From Camelus dromedarius (taxonomy: Eukaryota): DNA of 64,000 nt. Both the position numbers and the translations under genes were made by a program. Location: the NCBI RefSeq assembly GCF_036321535.1, contig NC_087436.1, forward strand, positions 89,406,001 through 89,470,000. The letters run 5' to 3'. Position 1 is the first letter of the stretch; every line of letters begins with the position of its first letter. The notes under the pieces were generated by a model. That model was not told the DNA's origin. It did no database searches and saw only the letters and a program-made list of their open reading frames with translations. Positions 23,121 through 34,799 of this stretch are shown here, piece after piece.

Positions 23121-24401
23121 AAAGAAATTACTCCTTGGAAGCTGATGATTTGGGGTTGGAATTAAAAAAAGAGGCCCATCCTACTAAGCAAATAAGGATC
23201 CTTACTTACTCTGGAAAGAGGAAAATGCCATTTAACTATGTTTATAATTCATAGGAAAGAGAAAAACAAGGGGGAGAAAGTTTATTCTAGCAACGTAGGA
23301 TAGCTGAGCGAAGGTTGCGTGATATAAAATACCATGAGCAGGAACGTGGCATTCCGGGACTTTAAATGTATGATTAAGCATGTATATACTTCAGAAGATA
23401 AACCTTGTCACATAATCGTAACCGCTACACCGCAACACAAGCTTCATAGTTTGTTTTGAAAAGTTGTTTGTAAAGAAAGTCTCCCGAGGTATCAACTCCT
23501 TTTATAGAATGAAGCTCTTTCACTGAGGACCTACTGTGCTCTGGTGATTTTAGGAAGGTTTGCAGAGGGTAGCACACAGTTCATCTTGGTTTCTTTGAAC
23601 TTATTTGTGTGTGAGCCAAGCTCTCTGTTCTGGGTAGACTGGTAGGCAAACAGCTGGCCTCCATTTGCATTGAGCACCAAATAATAGAAAATGAGCTTCG
23701 GTTGCCTCTGGGAGGGATTTGTTGAAGATGGAAGGGAAAATGTTCTGATTGCAAGAGTTTAAAGGTAGTGGAACTGGTTGTGTAAGTATATTCCCCAGAG
23801 AGCTTTACAAACAGTGTAGCCAGTTGTCACCACAGAATGGTTCCCAGACAGCATGGGTATTGCCCAGAGGCAGAGTCTGGATTAGGTGACCCCTGGAGAG
23901 CTCTCTCAACAGTAGGGTTTGTTTTTTGGTTTTTGTTGTTGTATTATTACAGGCAGCATCTGGTACTTTTCTGTTTGGCAGAACAGCATGAGGATGGAAG
24001 AAGTCAATATTGGTCAAGTAGTGGAAGTGAGTTAGACTGGAAGCAAGTAGCAATTTGACAGTACTTTTGGGGGCTTTATTATGTCTGCTTTTTAACTGTT
24101 TATCCTATGAGTGTGGAAACATCCAAATGCACTGATGCGTACGTTGCATTTTAGTTGCCTTAGTTTTAGTCTCTCCTCCTCCAAATCTTTGGCATAAAAA
24201 ACAAAAAATATGCCCAGCTGCAAGGCTGTTTATTGAATCTCCACAGTTTTCTTAATCTTAAGCATCTTTGAGTAAGTTGTAATGATTTTCATTGTCATTT
24301 AATCCATCTTTCTTGAACACATGTAATATTTTTAATCATTGACCATCAACGCTGAAGGAAAAGGAGCACTGATTCTAACCACACTCTGTGCTCTCATCCA
24401 G

Positions 24402-24545
24402 ATGCATATCCGAAGAGTGAGATGATTTATACCTGGACAAAAGGTCCTGAGAAATCAGTAGAAGTTCCAAAGGAGTCTTCCAGCTTGGTTCAGTATGACT
24501 TGATTGGGCAAACTGTATCAAGTGAAACTATCAAATCCATTACAG
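24402..24545 (+). CDS. GABRA4: GABRA4 exon 6 ([48 protein letters not shown])
   Basis: CATCCAG acceptor, CAG|GTGAGA donor; 144 nt; frame consistent. Confidence 0.97.
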
Positions 24546-25985
24546 GTGAGATGTTTAACAATTGAAGTCAACATACTACTAGGCATTAGCAGTGGGGTTT
24601 TGTCCTAGCTTGTTCATTGAACTCTCTAGTGTTTTCAGGGGACATACAGAAAGTTTCCAGAAATAGAGCTGATGCATAAGTCACAGCTGAGAATTTCTTT
24701 TTATATTTAAATCTTAATTTAGTTAAAATAAGTTCTGAATTGGTGGGATGTGAAAAGTGAGTTGATTTTCCTATTCAGAAACAAAAGTCATAATCAATTA
24801 TATTAAATCTATTTTCAACAGAATTCTGAGGCAGGAAATCTGACCACTGACTTTTGAACACTGGATTTCCCTGTGTTTTTGGTGCTTTCCTGGGATCTTT
24901 TTTAAATCTTGCCCAATTTTTATGATGTTACCCTCTCCTTCTCTTTAAAAGTATAAGCAAAATATAAAGCTTAATTATTAAATATATTAAGAGAATATAT
25001 TAAAACTGTCCCACAAGTAGATGGATGATTATTATTGGTGATTCTTGGTCTGTGTTTACTTTTGGGATGTGAATGGGGAGAATCATAGGATTTACTTTTT
25101 ATCATCTTCACTGGGGGAAAATGGCTGATTATTATTTGTTCTACAACTGTTCCTCACATACATTTATCACCAGGCAAAACCAGAAATTTTAAACGTTTAT
25201 TTTTCAGCCTGCAGTGGGATTAATTAGACATTTTGGGAGGATTTGAGGCTTCTGAATCTTTGGTTGCTTCTTCCTAAGTAACTTTCTTAATATGTTCTTT
25301 TACGATGTAACATTAAAATATATTATCAACAGTCACCAGAAATCTTACGGTTTACTTACTTATTAGCTTTTTTTAGGTTTTTGTCCAAATGCCAATAAAA
25401 CATGCCTGAACTCAGGGATGTTATGTATAGCTCAGTGTTATATGTGTGTCTTTGTATTTTTCTTCCCATATGTAGCATTAGGAATAAAACTCCTAAAACG
25501 AAGGCAGTAAGGCTACCTTCCCCCAGGCATATGTGTATATATAATGTATACCTGCGCATTTCAGTTCTTTCTAAAATTAAGCTTTATATTTTCATCTGTG
25601 TGTGTTTGTATGTTTTCAATTTTTTCTAGTGATTTTCCATAAAAGTTAGGTCTAAATTCTGCACTTGAAGATGCTGAAAATGAAGGCTAATTGCTTTCTC
25701 AGTATTACACCTTTAAAATAGCACTACAAGAATTTTTTTTTAAAGTTTTAGCCACCTTATTAAATTGCTTAATCACTGCATACTACAAAAATGTTTTTCT
25801 GTGTAATGATGCTCAAAATCATTTTCCCCCATTGGGGTACTATGTATTTCTCCATCTTTGTGTATTACGTACAACAGATACTTTCTTTGCCTAGAATACT
25901 GTTTATTAGTCTGCAAAATGATTATAAAGCCATGAATAATTGCCCACAGAACCAATAACACATTTTCTGCACATTTCATTTGCAG

Positions 25986-26138
25986 GTGAATATATTGTTA
26001 TGACGGTTTATTTCCACCTGAGACGGAAGATGGGTTATTTTATGATTCAGACGTATATTCCATGCATTATGACAGTAATTCTTTCTCAAGTTTCATTCTG
26101 GATAAATAAGGAATCAGTTCCAGCTAGGACTGTATTCG
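25986..26138 (+). CDS. GABRA4: GABRA4 exon 7 ([52 protein letters not shown]1 and start of M2)
   Basis: TTTGCAG acceptor, TCG|GTAATT donor; 153 nt; PAR motif at the M2 start typical of anion-selective Cys-loop channels. Confidence 0.98.
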
Positions 26139-27959
26139 GTAATTATAAATCATTATGTGGGTATTTTTGTCCACATTACATTTTGATCATGTTTCATGGG
26201 AATAGTCTTTGGATATCATTTCTAAGAAAATATTAGTCAGTAATATATTAGACTGTGCTGGGTAGAGAATCACACAAGGTTTTATTTTTATCCAGCCAAT
26301 ACAAAGTAATAAAGCTCAAGTCCCTCCCTTCCTTTGGGACCCTATCAAATTTCCTTTATTGAGAACTGGCAGGCAAAGACCAAATGTAAATCTGAATTTA
26401 ATTTCACTTTTGGTGATATTCTTGGGTTCCTAGCTTAATGCTGTGTAATTGAATTAAAATCATATCTAGGTGTTAAAATGAAATGCACTGGGAGCTTAAA
26501 ATAAAACAAATAAAAGTCATGGCTGAATGAATATGAAAGCCTTAGAATAATTTGCCTTTTAATGAAGAGGACCAAAATGCAAATGGTTTAAATGCATTGA
26601 ATTGGAGAGTATTGTATGCTTAGTTTATTGGCTCATTGTTATGTTCTATCTATATCTTTTTTTCTGAATTTATTCTTTTTGTTTTTATAGTGACTTCCTA
26701 TATGTTATATTCTTAACCATATGAAGTCCAGAACATATGGGTTTTAAATTTTATAGCTGTTAATAAGTCTTGTGTATATCAGTTATGCTTTTAAATAATA
26801 AAATTAGTTATAAGGATATTTATTTAAGTTTATATAGTATATATCTATTCCTTTTCTGTTGATCATGAGTAGCAAAACCTTTTAGTAATGGGAAAAGAAG
26901 GAAAGTGATCAGAGTTGCTCTGGAATGAGGCGTAAGTCCTCACAAGAGATGCCAATTTCCCTTTGCTTTTTCTATTTGGTAAGATCAAAGCCGTGATAGA
27001 ATATCCCTCATCACACAACAGCTGCAGGGGTGCTGGGGAGAAGGAACTGGGGAGAGTGGGAACTTCTCATCCCACCCCTGCTGTCCACTTAGAGAAATTC
27101 CGATAAGGGCATCTTAGTGTTCTCAGGAGACCTGAATGTGGGGTTACTTTACACGGACACCCCCACCTCTTTAATTTTAGGGTCACTCAAGAAGGCGTTG
27201 AAATCCTCCTGGGGAAACTCTTAGAGAAGGGACAGTGCTGGGGCAGAGTGTGACCTCAGGAAGGCAGTGAGCAGATGTAATGGCCCTACCTACTTCCTAT
27301 TGTTGAGAGGGTTCAATTAAAGAACAACTGCCCATTGCAAGTGTTGACTAGATCTTAGCTATTCAAACCACTGTGACAATGAAAGAGAGAAAACAATGAA
27401 TCCAAGTCTTGGACTCCAGTAGGTCAGGGTTTAAAACCCGTATCTGTCACTTATTTTCTTCATCCATAAAACTGTGATAAGATATCTCTCCTTCATAGAC
27501 CAGTAAAGACGTAGAGTTATGTGCAGGCCTTATTACGGGGTGCATGGAGCACTTGGAGCAATTTTAGTTACTCTCCCCCACATGCTCTGTTATGTAGGGG
27601 AGATTTAGTTTGTTCTGACTTGGTTTCCTTGATTTTAAATTATTTTTCAAAAGAAAACATGTGTCTATTATGTAATGCCACTCTGTTAGATTCTTGCTGC
27701 TCATTGTCTCACTGAGTGCTCTTTGGGTCTGCGCATCATGGTCAGAGGCAGCCTGTCTGGGCAGAAGTGTCTGCTGAGGCTGAGCACCAGATCAAAGTCT
27801 CTTAACTTTTCCTTGAACAAATAATATTAATATTTCAGGAACTATCATCATTGAAAATAAAAATAAAGTCACTTTTACACATATTACCATCTTTTATTCT
27901 ATGTTCCTAAAAATTTCTAGAACAGATAATACTGATGCATCAATGGTGCCTTTGATTAA

Positions 27960-28205
27960 GAGGTGGTCATGTCAAAAGTACAGACTCTGGATAAGACAGC
28001 CTAGGTTGTAATCCCAAGTTCTACCACTTATTAGCTGTGAACCTTCAGTGAGTTATTTCTGCCAGTTTCCTCACGTGTTGCTACAGGATAAATTGCTGTA
28101 CTTAACGCGAAGTATTGCTATGAGGATTCAACAGTTAATTTGGATAAAGCACTTGGAACAATGCCTACCACACAGTAAATACTGTTTTTAGTGTCGTTGA
28201 TTATT
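27960..28205 (+). mobile_element. MIR SINE (near full length)
   Basis: CAGACTCTGG...AGACAGCCTAGGTTGTAATCCC...CCACTTATTAGCTGTGA...CAGTTTCCTCA...AAAGCACTTGGAACAATGCCT. Confidence 0.8.
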
Positions 28206-31200
28206 ATCACCTTCCAACACTACCATCTACCTCATCTGAGAATCACTTGATTCTGTAATGTGCATGGTCTCTGTATTTTATAGTTACTGTGATTGGTTGA
28301 GAAGCTTTGAATGCGTTCTTGGTTGATTACAAACTGGTAGCCACTGTTCTGTTTCGTTTGTCCCCAAATACTAGAGCTTTCCAGTGAGATGGGAAGAGAT
28401 AGCATTGATCACAGCTCTACCCACTCAGTATTTCCTATCCAGATAAAATACTGTAGGGAAATTAAGTAGCATGTAGTAAGGGTCCTGGTAACACTAATAA
28501 TTAATAGTGATGATAAGGTTTGCCATGTACTGATAGGGGTCATCTTATTTAATCTTCACAATAACTCAGCAAGGTAGGCATTATTAATTTTATGTGGATA
28601 AGGATTTGGACCCAAAGAGGTTAAGAAGCTTGTATAAAGTCACATATTTAAGCGATAGACCTAAGACAATTTCTGCCTAATTTTGAGAACTCTCTCATTT
28701 CTACTCTGCCATTCTATCTTTACAGGGGGGCGGAGGGGGGCCTGGGGATATGGGGGCTTGTGGAGAATTCCAGAGCTGCTAAGCGAAATTGTATGGCTGT
28801 GTGCTGAGGACACCTTGTGGGTAGCTTTTTCCATTTGCTTCTTTCTAATTGTGCTCATGTGCCCAGATATTGATTTTGATTGACCAGGGAAATTATGCTC
28901 AATAATTAAGTCTTCTAAGATCCAAGATGTGTCAGAATGGTAATTATTGAATCGTTTGTTGAGGCTTTAGATGGTATTTCCTTAAGGAAGTTAAGTATTT
29001 GGAGGAAATGTTAGTAATCTATTTCATATGAAATTCAGGTGAAAAAATAATTCTGGGCCAGTATTTATCTTTCCTAATTCTCATTTTCCTCTTTACTCAA
29101 GGAGAGAATTTGCTGGGTCAGGGAGGTCACTAGAGATCATGCAAAAACAAATCTCTTCCCCCCAAAAATCAGAGTAAACAAGAGAAGTAGAGAGTGCTCA
29201 ATTCTCTGGAAAGGCTTTCTATCTCTAAAGTTGTATGACTTTAAGTTTTCTAATTATTCTGGTATAGTAAAACATTAAATCTGAGTAAATGCCAGCTGGC
29301 ACTTCTAAATCATTACTAGTTGATTTTCTAGGGTTGGCTAGCCAAAAATTCACTCTTGTGTACAGTCTTTGCCTACTCTCACAGGTCCTCTTCCAGCTCC
29401 TGGCCCAGCCAATATGGTGCGTGTTCAGTGTTCTAAAAACAGGGCCTGGCATCGGTACTGGAACGTGTCAAAAAAAGTTCCATGGTTATTGAAGTGTTTT
29501 CAGGTAGATGTCGTAAGCTATTTGCAACAGATGTACCGTCTTCCTAGATGCAGATTAAGCATGGCTTCTTATCTGAAAGGTTGGCATCTGTTTGCTATTC
29601 TGTTGGTATTTATTTAACCAAACGCTCCACCTCAAAACGGGTGTAATAAGCACATCCCTGTTGTGCTTTCTTAAATTTGAACTCCAGAGAAGATTTTTCA
29701 GTGTCTAAAGGGATGGGAACTTCAAACCCTTAGTCAGTTGTTTATGCCAGTTACTTTCCTAATTTTGCCACCAGTCGTAAAATATGAGCCATAATATCTG
29801 AAGGGCCTGTCTACAAACTTTAAAAGTTTAAGTTTACTCTAGACAATGAAAGAGAAGTAGAGAGCAGACACAGCTCCAGGATTTTTGTGTTGATGTCCAT
29901 ACATCATTTAACATGTTCATAACCCTGGTGATCCACCCTCCTTGACAATCAGAAAGTAATTTTTGGATTCAGAGCTCAATAATTGCAATAATATTCTGCT
30001 TACTTGACATTAGTAAAGGCATTTCTTCTCATACTGCAGGAGAGGAGGAAACCCACTAATTTTGGTCTTCAGGAGAAATCATTCTATTACCAAAAAAATG
30101 TTCAAAGCAACATGGAGAATCTTAAGTTGCTTATATTTGAGTTTCAGTTCCCTTTTTGGTTTTCACATTATGGTCTCTAAAATTTTCTGAGTTCTGAGTA
30201 GTATTCTTATTTAGACTGCACTGTTCATATTTTATTTTCAAGTGCTTTCAGCATCATTTCTATGCTGTTAGAGGAAATACACCTAATAAAGTTCTGGACA
30301 TTTTTGAATTCTTAACAGGCCATTAAACTTGAGTTGTTATGAATAAGAAGAAAAACTTTGGTATATCTTTAAATTTTGTAGCTAAAAATTTTCAAAACTA
30401 ACTCAGGGTTTTTTCACATACCTCACAATGAGCGTGGGAATGGTGCCATTTTCCTGAGATTCAAAATAGAGGCTCAGAAGCCCTAAAGTCTCTTTCTGAA
30501 ACAAAGTCCAATAAATTCACAATATTGAATTTCCATTGGCATTTAGGTATTTATATATTTGACCAAATAAACACATTTTAAAATCTGGTTTAGACTAATA
30601 AAATATTAAAAATGTCACAGTTTTTAAAGAAAATACAACCAAATTCTCAACTCTCTTTCTCTATATGGATTATGGAGTATGTTTGTAAGACCCTTGGCTC
30701 ATAAGCTACGCAGATGCTCTAATTTTTCATGTTTTAAACATTGACAATTCAGAAGGGACTAGAAAGAAAATGGATTGGTGAAGATCTGGAAAAATGTACC
30801 TTTATTTACTGTGCATTCATCATGTGCTCGGCACTCTGTGAAATATTGTGGTACGTCCTGAAGCAACGTCAGACATTTCTGCCCTTAAGGGGTCTACGCT
30901 CAGTCAAGTTGTGGGAACAAAGCTCAGATAAATGGCACCACTAGGAAACAATACAGGGCAGAATGTAATGAAGTGCTGAGTTGAGGAGACAGTATTATTT
31001 CTCCCTAAATCAAAGTGTTATTATTCCTTTATTATTGCAGGGGGTGCACTATCTCCTCAGTTTAATAGGTATTATTTGGCTTTCAGCTAGGGGTTGGCAT
31101 GGATTGGAATATATAGTTTATGCTTTTATCATGATCATTGTTGTCATTGTCATCATCCCCAAACACCTGTGTGTCAGTGCAGGAGATGTCCTACACATTA

Positions 31201-31739
31201 TACAGAATAAGTTTATGTGGATATAGTGAATCTCCATATAAATGTCCAAGCTAAACTACATAACATGGATTAGATACACAGAGGGACAGAGATGCAGATA
31301 GGAACAACTGTACAAATATTAGCATCCTTAAATAATGCATTTCTTTATAGTTTCAGTGGGAAGTGGAATTTTTCCATTGAGAATAGGGACTGACTTTTTT
31401 CCAAGCTGAGGAAGCGGCTTTTCTGGAGATGATACGCTTCAGAAGCCTGTTGTTGAAAGAGAAGTACCTCTATATTGTTGCAAATATTTTTCCTGCTGAT
31501 GGTAAACTGATAAGTGGTAGATATTCAATATTTTTAAAGCCAAATCGCTCTAGAAATCTTTTTTCTCAGGAGTATACCTTTATTGTTTTATATAAATTGT
31601 TAAGCTATTTGAAACTAGTAAATTTATTGTTTTAATTCAATAGATAATATTAGGGTAAATATTTTATATATATATATATATATATATGGACATATATATA
31701 TATATATATGGACAAATACATATTTTGTGCTTTTTCTGG

Positions 31740-31837
31740 CAGTGATTCTCAGTAGCAGTGGGCCATGCCTACCCCAGAAATTCTGATGCTTTGAATTTCA
31801 GTGCTACTGTCTTCCCACTCCTGGTTGAGAATCAGTG
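31740..31837. mobile_element. Short MER5-type MITE
   Basis: Terminal inverted repeats CAGTGATTCTCA / TGAGAATCAGTG (1 mismatch); internal CCTACCCCAGAAATTCTGAT. Confidence 0.5.
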
Positions 31838-32181
31838 CTTCAGTGAGTCACACTTCCTGTTAGGTGTGTGTTGAATTTCTCAGATACATTGGCTCAGGTA
31901 CTAATATCAATATATGTTAGGTGCCTTACATACTTTTAACCTTCATAGTAAACCCAGTTGGTGGGTATCAAAATGAAAGCCAGTGAGTTTTCTTGATTTA
32001 ATCCAACTCACACTGAACCAGTGATCAGAAGAGCTGGGGATTTGAACCATGTATCTTTTCTCACTCCAAAGCCTGTGCTAGTTCCGCTGAACCACTAGGA
32101 TTGATGTTTGATTTGAGTTATTATAAACTTTGTTACCCCTATGCTGCCAAACTTCCAGGTCTTTTTGTTTGGTGTGTTTTT

Positions 32182-32183
<2 letters not shown>

Positions 32184-32224
<41 letters not shown>
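32184..32224. repeat. T41 homopolymer upstream of exon 8
   Basis: Direct reading. Confidence 0.95.
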
Positions 32225-32226
<2 letters not shown>

Positions 32227-32275
32227 ACAGAAGTGACCATTAAGTATTTTGTCTCTTTGCTCTTTTGCTTTGAAG

Positions 32276-32535
32276 GAATAACCACAGTCCTCACCATGAC
32301 CACACTGAGCATCAGTGCACGGCATTCTTTGCCCAAAGTATCCTATGCGACTGCCATGGATTGGTTCATAGCTGTCTGCTTTGCTTTTGTATTTTCGGCC
32401 CTTATTGAGTTTGCTGCTGTCAACTACTTTACCAATGTTCAAATGGAAAAAGCCAAAAAGAAGACATCAAAAGCCCTCCAGGAAATTCCGACTGCTCCAG
32501 TGCTGAGAGGAAAGCGCCCAGAAGGACCTCTGCAG
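32276..32535 (+). CDS. GABRA4: GABRA4 exon 8 ([53 protein letters not shown]...PEGPLQ; M2, M3, start of intracellular loop)
   Basis: TTTGAAG acceptor, CAG|GTATTT donor; 260 nt; cumulative CDS 1134 nt (phase 0). The terminal M4 exon is not seen in the window. Confidence 0.97.
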
Positions 32536-32892
32536 GTATTTGACTTACTCTGCTTTAGTTTAAGGTTTCAGAGTATTGATCAAATTTTCATTGCCAGGGG
32601 AAGAACTGAGAAGGTGAAAATCCTGGTAACAATTCGTAAGCCATTTAAAAATCCAGAAAAAATATAAAAGGATAATCGTGAATTTAAGCTTTAACACTGT
32701 GATTAATTGCTTAAAAAATAAACAGCTCTGGATGAGCTAAATGTACACAAAGCTAGTTGTTTGAAAGTTCTTTTCAGAATTAAAATGTTTTTACAGAAAA
32801 GAGTAAACTCTTATATATGCTATTAAGAGAACCTGTGGATATCCTTGAGTGGGTTGGAAAGGCATTTTATTTAATTTTTCTTATACTGATTA

Positions 32893-33510
32893 TTTTTTTT
32901 TTAATTGAAGTGTAGTCAATTTACAATGTTGTGTACAACATAGTGATTCAGTTTTACATATATATATATATATATACACTCCTTTTCATATTCTTTTTCA
33001 ATATAGGCATTTACAAGGTATTGAATATATTTCACTGTGCTATATAGTAGAACCTTGTTGTTTATCTATTTTATATATAGTTGTTAGTATTTGCAAATCC
33101 CAAACTCCCATTTCATCCCTCTAATCCCCCTTCCCCCCACTGGTAACCATAAGTTTTTTTCTACGTCTGTGAGTCTGTTTCTGTTTTGTAAATAAGTTCA
33201 TTTATATCATTTTTTAAGGTTCCACATATAAGTGATACCATATATTTGTCTTTCTCTGGCATATTTCACTTAGTATAACAGTCTCCTGGTCTATCCATGT
33301 TGCTGCAAATGGCATTATTTTATTCTTTTTTTTGGTTGAGTAGTATTCCATATACTACTATATATGGAATATATATACCAAAACTTCTTAATCCAAGTAT
33401 CTGCAGATGGACACTTAGGTTGCTTCCATATCTAGGCTATTGTAAATGGTGCTGCTGTGAACACTGGGGTGCATGCATCTTTTTCAAATTAGAGATCCCT
33501 CCAGATATAT
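32893..33510 (-). mobile_element. L1 3' end, antisense
   Basis: Poly(T), then AATTGAAGTGTAGTCAATTTACAATGTT...CTGTGCTATATAGTAG...CATGTTGCTGCAAATGGCATTATTT...GATGGACACTTAGGTTGCTTCCAT. Confidence 0.88.
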
Positions 33511-34799
33511 GTGAGAGGCATTCATTGAACAAAGTAAAGCAGTGATTCTTATCATGGCCCCACAATAGAACTAACCTGTGGGACTGGGTGGGTCCTGTGC
33601 TTTGTATTGAAGAAGAAAACAAAACCAATAGACAAGAAGACCCATGGTTGCAGGTGATGTCCATCCAAGACTGAAAATTCTTACCCTAAAGAGACAGATC
33701 TAAAAGGATATGAAAGCCTAGTAAGAGCTACTGTAATTTACACTGGGCACGTAAGTGATTCTGCAATTAAAAAAATTTAAAAGTGACTTTTTCCTCATGG
33801 AACCAGTTGTACAAAAATAGCAAGATCATCATGAAAATGAGAAAGCAAACAGTCATCCCCTCCTCCCTCATCTCCTCCTCCTCCTCTGATACTCTGCTCT
33901 CTTTTTTTCTCTTTTTCTCACTCTACTCAGCTTCTCTCTTGAATCAAGTGTCTGTGGTCACTTATACAGAAGCTTATTGTAGTTGCCACAAATAGTAGTC
34001 TAAAACTTCTTTTGTCTGCACGTGCCCAAAACAAAGTGTATATAAATCATCAGCTTTGTTCTCTGTTGGTGATAACCCACCTCTTTACTTATTCATGCAT
34101 GCATGCACGCATTCTTTTTTCTTTTATTTATTCAACAAATACACATTTAGTACCAACTATGGGCCAGACACTTTATAGTCTGAGAATCAAGGGTATACAA
34201 ACTACCCCCCCACCGCCCCTCAGATACCTTACTCGATGGAGCTTACATTTACGTATGTAGGCCAAAGGAGACAGACAATTTTAAAAGAAACATAAATAGT
34301 AAAACCCTTAGGTGTATTAGATGGCCATAGTGCTGTGACAGAGCTGAAGCACCAAATTGGGAAGGAAGTGCTGGGGGCTTGTGACAGGGTGGGATTCAGT
34401 TCAGAATCCATGTGGTCAGGGACCTCCTCCCGAGAAGAAGGCAGTAGAACAAATTAGGTTAGGTGTGTACCCTGGTAGGGAAGAACTGTACAGGGTCCTA
34501 CAGTTTGTACCTCTCTTCCCACAGGGCTCTGGGCAGTGGTTCTCTAAGAATAGCACGTGAGCAGATAAGAAAATTATTGTCCTTCCATTTAATAAGTTTG
34601 GATAGCTTATCTTTCCTTCTAAAGGAATTAGTTTCATTAAGATCTTCAAAAGCTATTAGAATGAATTTCCTATTCTATTTTTAGTTTAAAAAACTGATTA
34701 TCCTCAGTTTTATTCCCTTTCCCATTCCCCATAGGTAAATTAATGCCCTTTCTGCCTTTTATTATTGTTTCATTTGCTTTGCTTTGTTTTGTTAAGGAC

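Noticed and set aside
25981..25991. CAG|GTGAAT recursive-splice-like motif at the exon 7 start
   Set aside because: Explained by a phase-1 Gly codon (G|GT) followed by Glu; intron 6 is short (1.4 kb).
32101..32230. N-terminal part of the 188-aa ORF (poly-Phe) and antisense poly-Lys ORFs
   Set aside because: Translation of the intronic T41 tract; only 32276-32535 is established exon.
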